Below, piece after piece: positions 1 to 9,069 of a DNA stretch of 64,000 nt. Each line of letters opens with the position of its first letter. The stretch's first letter is position 1. Origin of the DNA: an uncultured delta proteobacterium (lineage in GTDB: Bacteria > Desulfobacterota > Syntrophobacteria > Syntrophobacterales > Syntrophobacteraceae); assembly GCA_963808625.1 (NCBI GenBank), contig CAWEHK010000041.1, positions 55,853-119,852 of the forward strand, written 5' to 3'. Both the position numbers and the translations under genes were made by a program. The notes below the pieces were generated by a model, which saw only the letters and a program-made list of their open reading frames with translations, was not told where the DNA came from and did no database searches.

Positions 1-1164
1 CTCTGCGACTTCTTCCTTGGTCAATGGTGGCAGCTCGGTAACGATCCCCTTTCGATCGATGACCTTGACCTGATTGGTGTCGCAGCCAAATCCGGAGCCG
101 GCCTGAGTGAGGTTGTTCGCGACAATAAAGTCGAGGTCCTTTTCGATGAGCTTTTCCGTTGCGTTTTCTATCAGGTTCTCGGTTTCTGCAGCAAAGCCGA
201 CGAGCACGGGTCGCCGCGATCCTGCCCGTGATTTTCCGAGGTGTCTCAGGATATCAGGGTTTCTCACCAGAGTGACGGTCATCTCGTCCTGAAGCTTTTT
301 CAATTTCTCGGGCGCAACCTGCCGTGGCCGATAGTCCCCAACGGCGGCGGCCATGACAATCGCGTCCATGTCTTGAGCATGCCCCAGGACGACATCTCTC
401 ATTTGGTGTGCTGTCATAACTTTCTCAAAATGGACTCCATAAGGTGGGGGAAGGGCACTGGGACCGGTGACCAGGTAGACTTCTGCAGCGCGTCGAGAGG
501 CGACCGAAGCCAGGGCGTAGCCCATCTTGCCGCTCGATGGATTGCTGATGAAACGCACCGGGTCAAAAGGTTCCCAGGTGGGGCCGGCACTGACCAGGAC
601 GCGCTTGCCCTCGAGGCTGGCAGGAGTCAACAAGCGCCTTGCCGTTTCGACGATGACCGAGAGCTCGATCAAACGTCCGGCGCCTTCCTCTTTGCAGGCG
701 AGCTCCCCCACTTCCGGCTCCAGGATGTGGTAATGAAACTCGCGCAACACGGTCAAATTCCTTTGAGTCATATGATTTTCATACATTTTGACGTTCATCG
801 CGGGGCAGACCACAATCGGCGCCGTAGTGGCGAGCAAGATGGTGGTGAGGTAATCGTCCGCAATGCCGGCAGCCATTTTGGCGATGAGATTGGCAGTGAC
901 GGGTGCGAGGATGACCAGATCCGCCGTTCGGGCCAGGTGAATGTGACCGATTTGAGATTCGTATTCCAGGTTAAAAAGATCTGTCCCTACGGGGTTGCCC
1001 GTGAGCGCCTGAAACGTCAACGGCGCAATGAAGCGCTGCGCATTGGCGGTCATTACCACATGGACGTTCGCCCCGTCTTTAACCAACAGGCGAACGAGTT
1101 CGGCAGCTTTGTAGGCGGCAATGCCGCCGCTGATGCCCAGGAGGACCGACTTCCCATTCAACAT
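1..1164 (-). CDS. coaBC: Bifunctional phosphopantothenoylcysteine decarboxylase/synthetase (3' end outside window)
   Basis: Manual minus-strand translation: MLNGKSVLLGISGGIAAYKA ... MAAAVGDYRP ... LVGFAAETENL ... DFIVANNL ... GFGCDTN; no stop before the window edge. Confidence 0.95.
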   Translation of the reverse strand, partial: MLNGKSVLLGISGGIAAYKAAELVRLLVKDGANVHVVMTANAQRFIAPLTFQALTGNPVGTDLFNLEYESQIGHIHLARTADLVILAPVTANLIAKMAAGIADDYLTTILLATTAPIVVCPAMNVKMYENHMTQRNLTVLREFHYHILEPEVGELACKEEGAGRLIELSVIVETARRLLTPASLEGKRVLVSAGPTWEPFDPVRFISNPSSGKMGYALASVASRRAAEVYLVTGPSALPPPYGVHFEKVMTAHQMRDVVLGHAQDMDAIVMAAAVGDYRPRQVAPEKLKKLQDEMTVTLVRNPDILRHLGKSRAGSRRPVLVGFAAETENLIENATEKLIEKDLDFIVANNLTQAGSGFGCDTNQVKVIDRKGIVTELPPLTKEEVAE

Positions 1165-1201
1165 GAGATTACCTTCGATTAACAGGTTGAACCTACTTCA
1201 A

Positions 1202-1280
1202 ACCACGGAACACACAGAAAACACGGAAAAATCACCTCTGAGCTTTCGTGTCTCCAGTATTTTCCGTGTATTCCGTGGTT
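1202..1280. repeat. Palindromic intergenic repeat with 9-bp subunits
   Basis: aaccacggaacacacagaaaacacggaa pairs with ttccgtgtattccgtggtt. Confidence 0.7.
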
Positions 1281-1341
1281 GAGGATGACCTTTTTTCTTG
1301 GACCGCCCCTTAACCGCAAAACCATGCCTCGCGGCAGCAGC

Positions 1342-1854
1342 CTAGCCACCCGCGGGGGTCACAAAAATCTCCACATAGGTATAGATCGTTCCTTCATAGA
1401 GGCGAATAACACAGATTCTGTCGGGCTTTTCGAAGATAAGAACCGATCGCTGATAGCGGAAAGCTCCCTTCGGTTTCCAGTTCTCGCGGGGCATGGCCAT
1501 CTGAAAGAAACTGATGAGAGAATTGAGGTCAACCCGTCCTCGCAAGGTGAGGATACCGGTCTTGATGGAGCCCGCTTGGACCACGTATGATTCTTTGGAT
1601 TGCAGGTCCAGTTCCTGAGGCGTCGGGATATCCGGGAAGTCATAAAAGATTGGTCGTGGCGCGGATGGCGATGAAGCCGAAGGGGGCGCAGAAGGAGTGG
1701 CAGCCGTTGCCGTACCCGGCGCCGGTTGCTGACCTACAGGATTGGGCGGAGGGGTGGTGTTTTGCCCCCCCATCGAGCTGCATCCAGAGAGCGCCACAAT
1801 CCAAATCAAAGCTGCGACGATCAACGCCAATTCGTTAGGCTTACGAATTTTCAT
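1342..1854 (-). CDS. Hypothetical lipoprotein
   Basis: Signal peptide with lipobox LSGC, Pro/Ala-rich linker, then a compact domain (YDFPDIPTP...). Confidence 0.8.
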   Translation of the reverse strand: MKIRKPNELALIVAALIWIVALSGCSSMGGQNTTPPPNPVGQQPAPGTATAATPSAPPSASSPSAPRPIFYDFPDIPTPQELDLQSKESYVVQAGSIKTGILTLRGRVDLNSLISFFQMAMPRENWKPKGAFRYQRSVLIFEKPDRICVIRLYEGTIYTYVEIFVTPAGG

Positions 1855-1929
1855 TTTCCTCTCCCTCCGCGAAAAGGTGTTCTCCCATCCGGAACGTTGC
1901 CCGGAGCCATGCAAGAAAGCGCACGACAG

Positions 1930-2562
1930 CTACTGAAAGAAGGGATTGCTCCTCTGCTCTCGTTCGACCGTGGTTTTCGGGCCGTGACCAGGGAAAACCG
2001 CGGTTTTCCCGTCGAGCGGGAAAATCTTCTCCCGCACCGATCTGATCAACTGGCTGTAGGAACCGCCAGGGAAATCCGTGCGCCCAATAGAGCCGGCAAA
2101 CAAGGTGTCGCCGACAAAAATGACACCGGCATCAGGGAGATGAAAAGAAACATGCCCCGGGGTGTGCCCCGGCGTTTCGAGCACCCCAAAACAGAGCGAT
2201 CCGAACTCCAGGGAGTCTCCCTCTTTCAGGTTTCGATCCACCTTCTTGTCTGTTGTCCGGGGCTTCGGTGCAAAAAGAGACCCCATCCCGGCCATGCTCT
2301 GCTGGAAAATCACTTCGTCTTTGGGGTGGAGATAAATCTCTCCGCCCAATCGCTGCTTCAGGGCCCAAGCGTCCATGATGTGGTCGAAGTGACCATGGGT
2401 GTTAAGGATAGCCACCAGGTTCAGTCCCAGTTGCTGAATTCTGCTCGCGATCCGTTCGCTGTCACCCCCAGGATCGATTACCACGGCCACGCGTGTTTGA
2501 CTATCACCGAGAAGGTAGCAGTTGGTTTGAAGCATACCAACCACAAAAGATTCGAGGATCAT
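1930..2562 (-). CDS. MBL-fold metallo-hydrolase (glyoxalase II-like)
   Basis: THGHFDH, TPGHTPG, GDTLF, PGHG motifs. Confidence 0.93.
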   Translation of the reverse strand: MILESFVVGMLQTNCYLLGDSQTRVAVVIDPGGDSERIASRIQQLGLNLVAILNTHGHFDHIMDAWALKQRLGGEIYLHPKDEVIFQQSMAGMGSLFAPKPRTTDKKVDRNLKEGDSLEFGSLCFGVLETPGHTPGHVSFHLPDAGVIFVGDTLFAGSIGRTDFPGGSYSQLIRSVREKIFPLDGKTAVFPGHGPKTTVEREQRSNPFFQ

Positions 2563-2585
2563 TTTGCACCTTTCTTGCCTGGACA

Positions 2586-3116
2586 CTATTTTTCAAGCAC
2601 CACGAGCTCTTCTACCGGTTTCCGATGCGAAGTCTGATTGCGGTGGAGCGGGTGGCCGACGGCAACGACAGCCATGAGCTCAAGGCGCTCCGGGAGCTCG
2701 AGAAGACTGAGGACCCTCTCCTTGTTTTTCAAGATCTCCCCGATCCAGGTTGCTCCGAGGCCATGGGCATGCACCGCCAGCAAGAGGTTCTGCAGACAGG
2801 CTCCGATGGCCTGACAGTCCTTGACGCGATCATAAGAACTATCCTGGTCCAGGAAGACCGGAACCAGGACCGCAGCATTCTTGAGGACCGCAGAGTAACG
2901 GGTCAGGCGCCCCAGTTCTTCCTTCAGACGCTGGTCCCAAATAATGGCAAAGCGCCAGGGCTGGTTGTTCAATCCCGAGGGGGCCCACGATGCAGCTTGC
3001 AGAATTTCCATGATCAAACGGCGTTCTACCGGGGCTTCGGTAAAATTCCTCACACTGCGCCGCTCGTAGATGGTCCTAATCACCTCCAAACCGGCTCTTT
3101 CCGGGTCCATGAGCAC
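2586..3116 (-). CDS. Nitroreductase family protein
   Basis: RRSVRNF, APSGLNNQPWRF, QNLLLAVHAHGLGATW. Confidence 0.93.
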   Translation of the reverse strand: MLMDPERAGLEVIRTIYERRSVRNFTEAPVERRLIMEILQAASWAPSGLNNQPWRFAIIWDQRLKEELGRLTRYSAVLKNAAVLVPVFLDQDSSYDRVKDCQAIGACLQNLLLAVHAHGLGATWIGEILKNKERVLSLLELPERLELMAVVAVGHPLHRNQTSHRKPVEELVVLEK

Positions 3117-3465
3117 TCCTTTGCATCACCTTATAAACAAAAAACCGCCATTCTCCCATCACCTTTAACCAACTCGTAAACCAAAAACGAGCCCAATCAA
3201 CTCATCTTGGGCAGGTTGGCGTCTGTGATTTCAGTCACATCGTGTCATGATTTATAGCAGAATCTGTTTCAGCTTTAACAAAAAATCATCTTGTGGCTTG
3301 GAATTTTGCGGCTAATATGGTTAACGTTTCGGCCCGGCAGCAGATGCTGCGCCCTCTGCCCCGGGTGCCCGGGAGTTCCAATTATGGATGGAATCTCAAT
3401 TCTGGATGCCGGGTTCTTCTTTCCAGCGTGGCGCAGATGCTTAAGATGTTCCGAGTTGAGAGCCT

Positions 3466-3820
3466 ATGATGGTCCAATTGTCACCGGAAAAAGACCTGCT
3501 TCGGGAGGGCACTATTTTCCTTGCACCTGGAGGGCGTCGTGGCCATGAGCACGGTGCCGGGGATTCGCCGGGCGCTCCTTGGCGCAGCGAGGAAGAGCGA
3601 GGTTAAAGAAGTTCGCCTCGATTTTTCCCGGGTCACGTTACTGGATACCGCTGGTGTTGCCATGCTCGTGGAAATCTGGAGAGAGCTTGCCCGCAGGGGT
3701 GGAACACTCCGGCTGACCGGTCTGAGCGAAAATGCCAGGAGGCTGATTCAGTTGGCCGGGCTTGATCAGATCTTCAATCTGCGGGATGATCCGGAGAGGA
3801 GGATTCCTTATGGCTCATAA
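3466..3820 (+). CDS. STAS-domain protein (MlaB-like); probable frameshift near 3515
   Basis: LDFSRVTLLDTAGVAML STAS motif; directly upstream of mlaF. Confidence 0.8.
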
Positions 3821-4623
3821 GGATTTGATCGAGGTGTGCGGCCTGAACAGCTATTATAGCGGGCGGCAGGTCCTTTTCGATATCCGTTTTGGGATCCCTG
3901 ACACGCAGATTACGGTAATCATGGGAGTGAGCGGTTGTGGAAAAACCACGCTCCTCAGGCATCTGATCGGGCTGAAGCCCACTTGGCCAGGCCAGATAAT
4001 GGTTGATGGTCAGGACATGGGGAGGTTCAACGAGGAGGAAATGCAGAGCTATCGGCGCCGCATTGGCGTGCTGTTTCAAAGCGGTGCGCTTTTTAACTCG
4101 ATGACGGTGTCGGACAACATTGCCGTTCCCCTGAAAGTCCATACTCGACTGGCCAACGAGACCATCCGTATCATGGCGCTGATCAAGCTCAACCTTTTGG
4201 GATTGGCGGAGTTCGGCGCCTACATGCCATCCCAGTTGAGCGGCGGGATGCGCAAGCGTGCCGGTTTGGCGCGGGCGTTGGCGATGGACCCCGAAATCCT
4301 CTTTGTGGATGAGCCCTCTTCAGGTTTGGACCCGATCACGGCTGCCGGGTTGGACCGCCTGATTCCGGAGCTGCGCGACACACTGGGAATGACCATCATT
4401 GTGGTTACGCATGAACTGGAGAGTGCTTTTCGAATTGCCGACCGACTGATTGTGATGGATGGCGGGCGCATTCTTGCAGCGGGAAGCCCCGAAGCGATCC
4501 GGGCAAGCCAAGACGAGCGGGTGCTGCAGTTTCTCGAGAGAAAGGCCGACACTGCGGAAGTCAATACCGACGGGCTATTTGTCTCGCATCAGGGGAAGCG
4601 AAACAAGCAGGAGTGCCTCATGA
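3810..4623 (+). CDS. mlaF: ABC transporter ATP-binding subunit, MlaF/Ttg2A type
   Basis: GVSGCGKTT, LFQSGALFNS, LSGGMRKR, DEPSSGLDP; runs in frame into mlaE in this assembly. Confidence 0.88.
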
Positions 4624-5405
4624 CCCGTTTGGTTCAATTGCTGGGCGCCTTCGTTCTGGATCAGCTTGCATCCCTGGGTCGCATGGGGCTCTTTTTGGTT
4701 TATATGATCAGAGGCACCGTCAAGCCGCCGGGGAAGTTCTGGCCGGTCGTAAAGCAAATCCACTTCATCGGCACGAAGTCGTTTTTTGTGATCGGATTTA
4801 CTGCGGCCTTCACCGGGATGGTGCTTGGTTTGCAGGGTTATTACACGCTCTCTAAATTCGGTTCCGAGGGTTTATTGGGATCAGGGGTGGCCCTCAGTTT
4901 GATCCGCGAGCTGGGACCGGTGCTCACAGCGCTGATGGTTACGGGCCGGGCGGGTTCAGCCATGTGTGCCGAGATCGGGATCATGCGGATTGACGAACAA
5001 ATCGATGCGCTCGAATGCATGGCTATCGACCCTTATGCCTACCTGATTACCCCGAAACTCCTTGCCGGCCTGGTCTGTCTTCCCCTCCTCACGGCCTATT
5101 GTGATGTCGTTGGGATCTATGGCGGCTATGTGATCGGGGTTAACCTCCTGGGGGTGAGCCCGGGAGCATACCTCTCAGGGATTGAAAGCAGCGTGGTCTG
5201 GAAAGACGTTTACATGGGCATCATAAAATCGCTCTGTTTTGCGGTCTTGATGATTTGGATCTGTACCTACAAGGGCTTTTACGCCGGGATTGACGAGGGC
5301 AATTTCGGTCCCGAGCAAGTAAGCCGGGCGACCACCGATGCCGTGGTGCTCTCATCGGTGTCCATTCTCGCGGGCGATTATGTGGTCACCTCCATTTTGC
5401 TGTAG
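4620..5405 (+). CDS. mlaE: MlaE family ABC permease
   Basis: RELGPVLTALMVTGRAGSAMCAEIGIM..EQIDALE; own AGGAG RBS before ATG 4620. Confidence 0.92.
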   Translation: MTRLVQLLGAFVLDQLASLGRMGLFLVYMIRGTVKPPGKFWPVVKQIHFIGTKSFFVIGFTAAFTGMVLGLQGYYTLSKFGSEGLLGSGVALSLIRELGPVLTALMVTGRAGSAMCAEIGIMRIDEQIDALECMAIDPYAYLITPKLLAGLVCLPLLTAYCDVVGIYGGYVIGVNLLGVSPGAYLSGIESSVVWKDVYMGIIKSLCFAVLMIWICTYKGFYAGIDEGNFGPEQVSRATTDAVVLSSVSILAGDYVVTSILL

Positions 5406-5480
5406 CGTTCATTATTGATTGATATTATGCGACATTCGGTTCGGAGAGCATCATTTTCTTTAGCGGCAGGGGACGACCAC

Positions 5481-5936
5481 ATGGAAAAAAGGGGACTTGA
5501 GTTAGGTGTAGGGCTGTTCTTAATAATTGGGCTTGCATGCCTGGGTTACCTATCTTTTAAACTGGGTGATATCCGTCTTTGGGGTAGTTCCGACTACGAC
5601 GTTCACGCCAGGTTTTCAAATGTCGCCGGGTTGAAGGACAAGGCGGCGGTGACGATGGCGGGAGTGACCATCGGTCAGGTTAAGGACATCAATTGGTCGA
5701 TGGCCAGGCCCTCCTGACCGTCAGCATCAACAAAGACGTTCGTCTCGAAGAGGATGTTATTGCCAGCATCAAGACCATGGGCATCATCGGGGACAAGTAT
5801 GTCTCGGTCAGTCGCGGGAGCTTCCGAAGAGTACATCAAACCGGGAGGGATGATAAAGGATACGCAACCGCCTTTGGACCTGGAAAACCTGGTGAGCAAG
5901 TTCGTCTTTGGAAATGCTGAAAAATCGAAGCAGTAA
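5481..5936 (+). CDS. mlaD: MCE/MlaD protein (frameshifted in assembly)
   Basis: ELGVGLF, ARFSNVAGLK...V..AGVTIGQV, ASIKTMGIIGDKYV, DTQPPLDLENLVSKF spread over several frames. Confidence 0.88.
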
Positions 5937-6024
5937 CTTCGAGCCAAGCCGGAACGGGATGACGCCCGGTTGCCTCCTGTGAACCGGGGAGTCTCGCACC
6001 AAAGCCATCCGATTGTTGGAAAAA

Positions 6025-6058
6025 GGAAAAGCCGCTAAAGGACTTTAGCGGCTTTTCC
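6025..6058. terminator. Bidirectional intrinsic terminator
   Basis: Inverted repeat ggaaaagccgctaaag...ctttagcggcttttcc between convergent genes. Confidence 0.85.
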
Positions 6059-6087
6059 GTGCAACCAGAAAGTAATGCGTAGCGAAA

Positions 6088-6344
6088 CTACTTCTTCATT
6101 TTCTTCATGAAAATGTCTTCGCACTTCTGTGCGGCGGCCTCAGCCCGGCGAGCGGCTGCATCGGCTTTCATCGCGGCAGCTTCAGCTTGCTTGGCATAAT
6201 TTGCACAGGACTGCTCTACCTGCTGGCCTTGTCCAGAGCTGCCTGACAGAGTTCGGTGCATTTCTTGGCATCTTGCGTACAAGCACAACCAACCACCGTG
6301 AAAGCGAAAGCGACCAGCAACAGAACTGACATTATTCTCTTCAT
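6088..6344 (-). CDS. Lpp/OprI-like alanine-zipper lipoprotein (one frameshift near 6220)
   Basis: MKRIMSVLLLVAFAFTVVGC lipobox; AEAAAMKADAAARRAEAAAQK zipper; ends IFMKKMKK; GGAGG RBS. Confidence 0.8.
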
Positions 6345-6610
6345 AACTCTTTCCTCCTTCGAAAACCTGACTTGACTCTTGTGTTGATGAAATTTGCCTA
6401 TCTGCTCATAAAACCTGTTGGATATGTTTGCTTCCCACCTCCTCCCTTTTTCAATGAATTCACTGCAAAAGCGCTTGGGAATTGCCTTCGCTATCCCGCA
6501 CCGTTGGGAAAAACAACATAAGGCTACTCTAGAAAATCCTAAAATCAAGAAGTTTTTTAGCCTGCACCGAACGCGATATTGCGCTTTCGACACGGCATCG
6601 CATAGCACTA

Positions 6611-7564
6611 CTACTGCATAATATCAACCAATTTCAGGGACGTTTCGTCGGCTGCCAACCGGGAGACATTGGTGGGCACCCCGTTTTGGAGCTTTACCGC
6701 CATAAGGTATTTCTTTTGGTCGATGTATTTCGCCAGAGGGTGCTGCGCCAGCTTACCAAGAGCATACTGAACGTAGTCGGGGATTCGTCGGTACACGTCA
6801 GGATGGGACTCGACAAAGATCTGTCCGTTCTTTTGTCCGAACTTGACCGGTTCATAGATGATCTCCAACTTGGTTCCCATCGGCACCTGCGGATAGAGGA
6901 GCTTTATGTGCTCCGGGTAGCATCGAATGCACCCATGGCTAACCAGACGTCCGACCCCCCAGGGCATCGCCGTGCCATGAACGCCATAAGCACCCGCAGA
7001 GAATTTCATGACATACTCACCGAGAGGATTCTCCGGCCCGGGAGGCATCGAAGCCATGCCATATTTCTCTTGCAGGGAAGCGGGGATATACCAGGTCGGA
7101 TTGGCTCTCTTATCATTGATAAAGAAGGTGCCGAGCGGGCTCTCCCAGCCTTCGTCGCCGATCCCGATGGGATAAGTCTGGACCGTGGAAGAGGCCTTGT
7201 CAAAAAAGTACAGCCTGAGTTCCGGTATGTTGATAACGAGCTGCTGGTGCTGACTGGGAGGCAGGACCCAGAAGGTGGGGATAGAAATTTTCTTGTCGGT
7301 TGGGGGGACCCACGCGTCCATGCGAGGGAAGAGAAGATCCATCTCATTATAGCCCAGACCGTGCTTCCTGGCGATATCGAGCATGCTTTCCCGGGCGCCG
7401 ATCTTGTACCAGGTCGGCGTCCCAATGACGGTTAACTCGGGGACCCGATAGGGATAGCGTTGAACCGTGGCATGGTATTCTTCATCACTACCCTGGGCTT
7501 GGGATGCGGCGAATGAGCAGCATATTAAAAGCAGAGAAACGATTGCCAGGATTCTTCTCTTCAT
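6611..7564 (-). CDS. L,D-transpeptidase (ErfK/YbiS/YcfS family) with LysM-like N-terminus
   Basis: VINIPELRLY, YPIGIG, PGPENPLG, YGVHGT...SHGCIR catalytic motif. Confidence 0.95.
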   Translation of the reverse strand: MKRRILAIVSLLLICCSFAASQAQGSDEEYHATVQRYPYRVPELTVIGTPTWYKIGARESMLDIARKHGLGYNEMDLLFPRMDAWVPPTDKKISIPTFWVLPPSQHQQLVINIPELRLYFFDKASSTVQTYPIGIGDEGWESPLGTFFINDKRANPTWYIPASLQEKYGMASMPPGPENPLGEYVMKFSAGAYGVHGTAMPWGVGRLVSHGCIRCYPEHIKLLYPQVPMGTKLEIIYEPVKFGQKNGQIFVESHPDVYRRIPDYVQYALGKLAQHPLAKYIDQKKYLMAVKLQNGVPTNVSRLAADETSLKLVDIMQ

Positions 7565-7793
7565 AAATCAATCATCCCAAAATGTTTATTTTTGACTTTG
7601 AATCACCAACATAGCCGTGGTGTGAAGTAAAATAAAGGTTCTACAGGTGTAGATCAAGGTTTTTTTAAAAAGGAAACCATTTAAAACCTTTCTAATGCTT
7701 GCCTTGGCAAGATCGCTCTTGACTGATTCCGACATATCGGTCTACAAATCAGCTTCTCTTTGCATAGTTCAATGAATTTTGGAGGTGAATGAA

Positions 7794-8927
7794 ATGAGTA
7801 AACCAAGGATTGATGGACGACCGGCAAATGTTAAAGCGCGCTTTCCCAACAGTATTGTTCCCTTGTTCAATGGAAGGGCCCTGCTGGCAGCCGCCAGGAA
7901 GCACAAGGGGATGATCATGGCCTGTAACATCCGGTGCCGGTTGCCGGTGGAGGGCATCGTGCTTGCTTCCATGGCGGCCAAGGCCCCGGTTATGTATGAA
8001 ATTGCCAAGTCTGAGCTGGGATATACCGAGTTCACCCCGGCAACATTTGTCGAGTTCATCATTCAGGAAAACGAGCGACTGGGCAATACGGACGTCCCCT
8101 TTGGCGTTCATGCGGACCACATCACCGTCAAGAAACCGGAGGAAGTGGAAAGCGTCGCGGCCCTGATTGCCAAGCAACTGGAAGCAGGGTTCACGTCGTT
8201 TGCCATCGATGCTTCGCACATGGAAAATGACAAGAACCTGGCTGCCACATCCGAACTGGCGAGGCCTATCGTGCGGGAAGGCTTGGGATTAGAGGTCGAG
8301 CTGGGAGAGATTGGAGCAAAGAGCGGAAGCTCCGAGGGCTTTACGCAGCCGGAAGAGGCGGAATGGTTCATTGGTGAGCTGGACAAGAACAAGATTCGCC
8401 CAAATCTGCTTGCCATCAATAACGGGTCGATCCACGGGACCTATTTCGGCGCCGCCCATGAGGGCATTCAGCTCGATCTGACGGCGAAGATCTGGGAGTC
8501 CATTCAACCCTGGTCCGTGGACGTCGCTCAGCACGGGATCACGGGGACTTCCTTGGAAAAGATCTCGTCCTTCATCGAGTACGGAATTCGCAAAGGGAAT
8601 GTGGGAACGTTGTGGCAGAACATCTCCTTTGGTATGGCCATGAACGAAAGCGGCAATGCGCTTACCACTGAGAATCGTGAGTACATCAAACGCCCCTATC
8701 GCGGCATCCCCGATGAGCTGTGGCAGGAAATGTGGGCCTGGGCGGTGGAGACCAAGAATACCGGCGGCAACATTAAAAGCGCCAACCAGACTTTTGCTGC
8801 AAAAATGAATGCCATCCCGCTGCCATACAAGAAGCGAATCACCGACCATGCTTACGAGGAAGCTCTAAGGCTGTTCGAAGCCACCCATTCCATCGGGTTG
8901 GCCGAGAGTGTGTGGGATTTTGTCTAA
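7794..8927 (+). CDS. fba: Class II fructose-bisphosphate aldolase
   Basis: HADH, GFTSFAIDASH, EVELGEIG, NGSIHG, AQHGITG. Confidence 0.9.
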   Translation: MSKPRIDGRPANVKARFPNSIVPLFNGRALLAAARKHKGMIMACNIRCRLPVEGIVLASMAAKAPVMYEIAKSELGYTEFTPATFVEFIIQENERLGNTDVPFGVHADHITVKKPEEVESVAALIAKQLEAGFTSFAIDASHMENDKNLAATSELARPIVREGLGLEVELGEIGAKSGSSEGFTQPEEAEWFIGELDKNKIRPNLLAINNGSIHGTYFGAAHEGIQLDLTAKIWESIQPWSVDVAQHGITGTSLEKISSFIEYGIRKGNVGTLWQNISFGMAMNESGNALTTENREYIKRPYRGIPDELWQEMWAWAVETKNTGGNIKSANQTFAAKMNAIPLPYKKRITDHAYEEALRLFEATHSIGLAESVWDFV

Positions 8928-9069
8928 CAGCATCATCAGACAAGAATTCCATACCCCATTTCCATGTCGATCGACTTAACGGGAATGACAGGCAACAGCC
9001 TGTCATTCCCATTGACACAGCTATTCCAGATAATTGCTCCGTGGCTTCCCGGTCAGCCGGTGGTGCGGG

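Noticed and set aside
241..1182. Long antisense ORFs such as 241-1182, 33655-34830, 55806-57212 and 60099-61118
   Set aside because: Shadows of real genes on the opposite strand in GC-rich DNA; no motifs of their own
3762..5405. Apparent MlaF-MlaE fusion protein (547 aa)
   Set aside because: mlaE has its own AGGAG RBS and an ATGA overlap at 4620-4623; one indel would stop mlaF there, and such indels are common in this window
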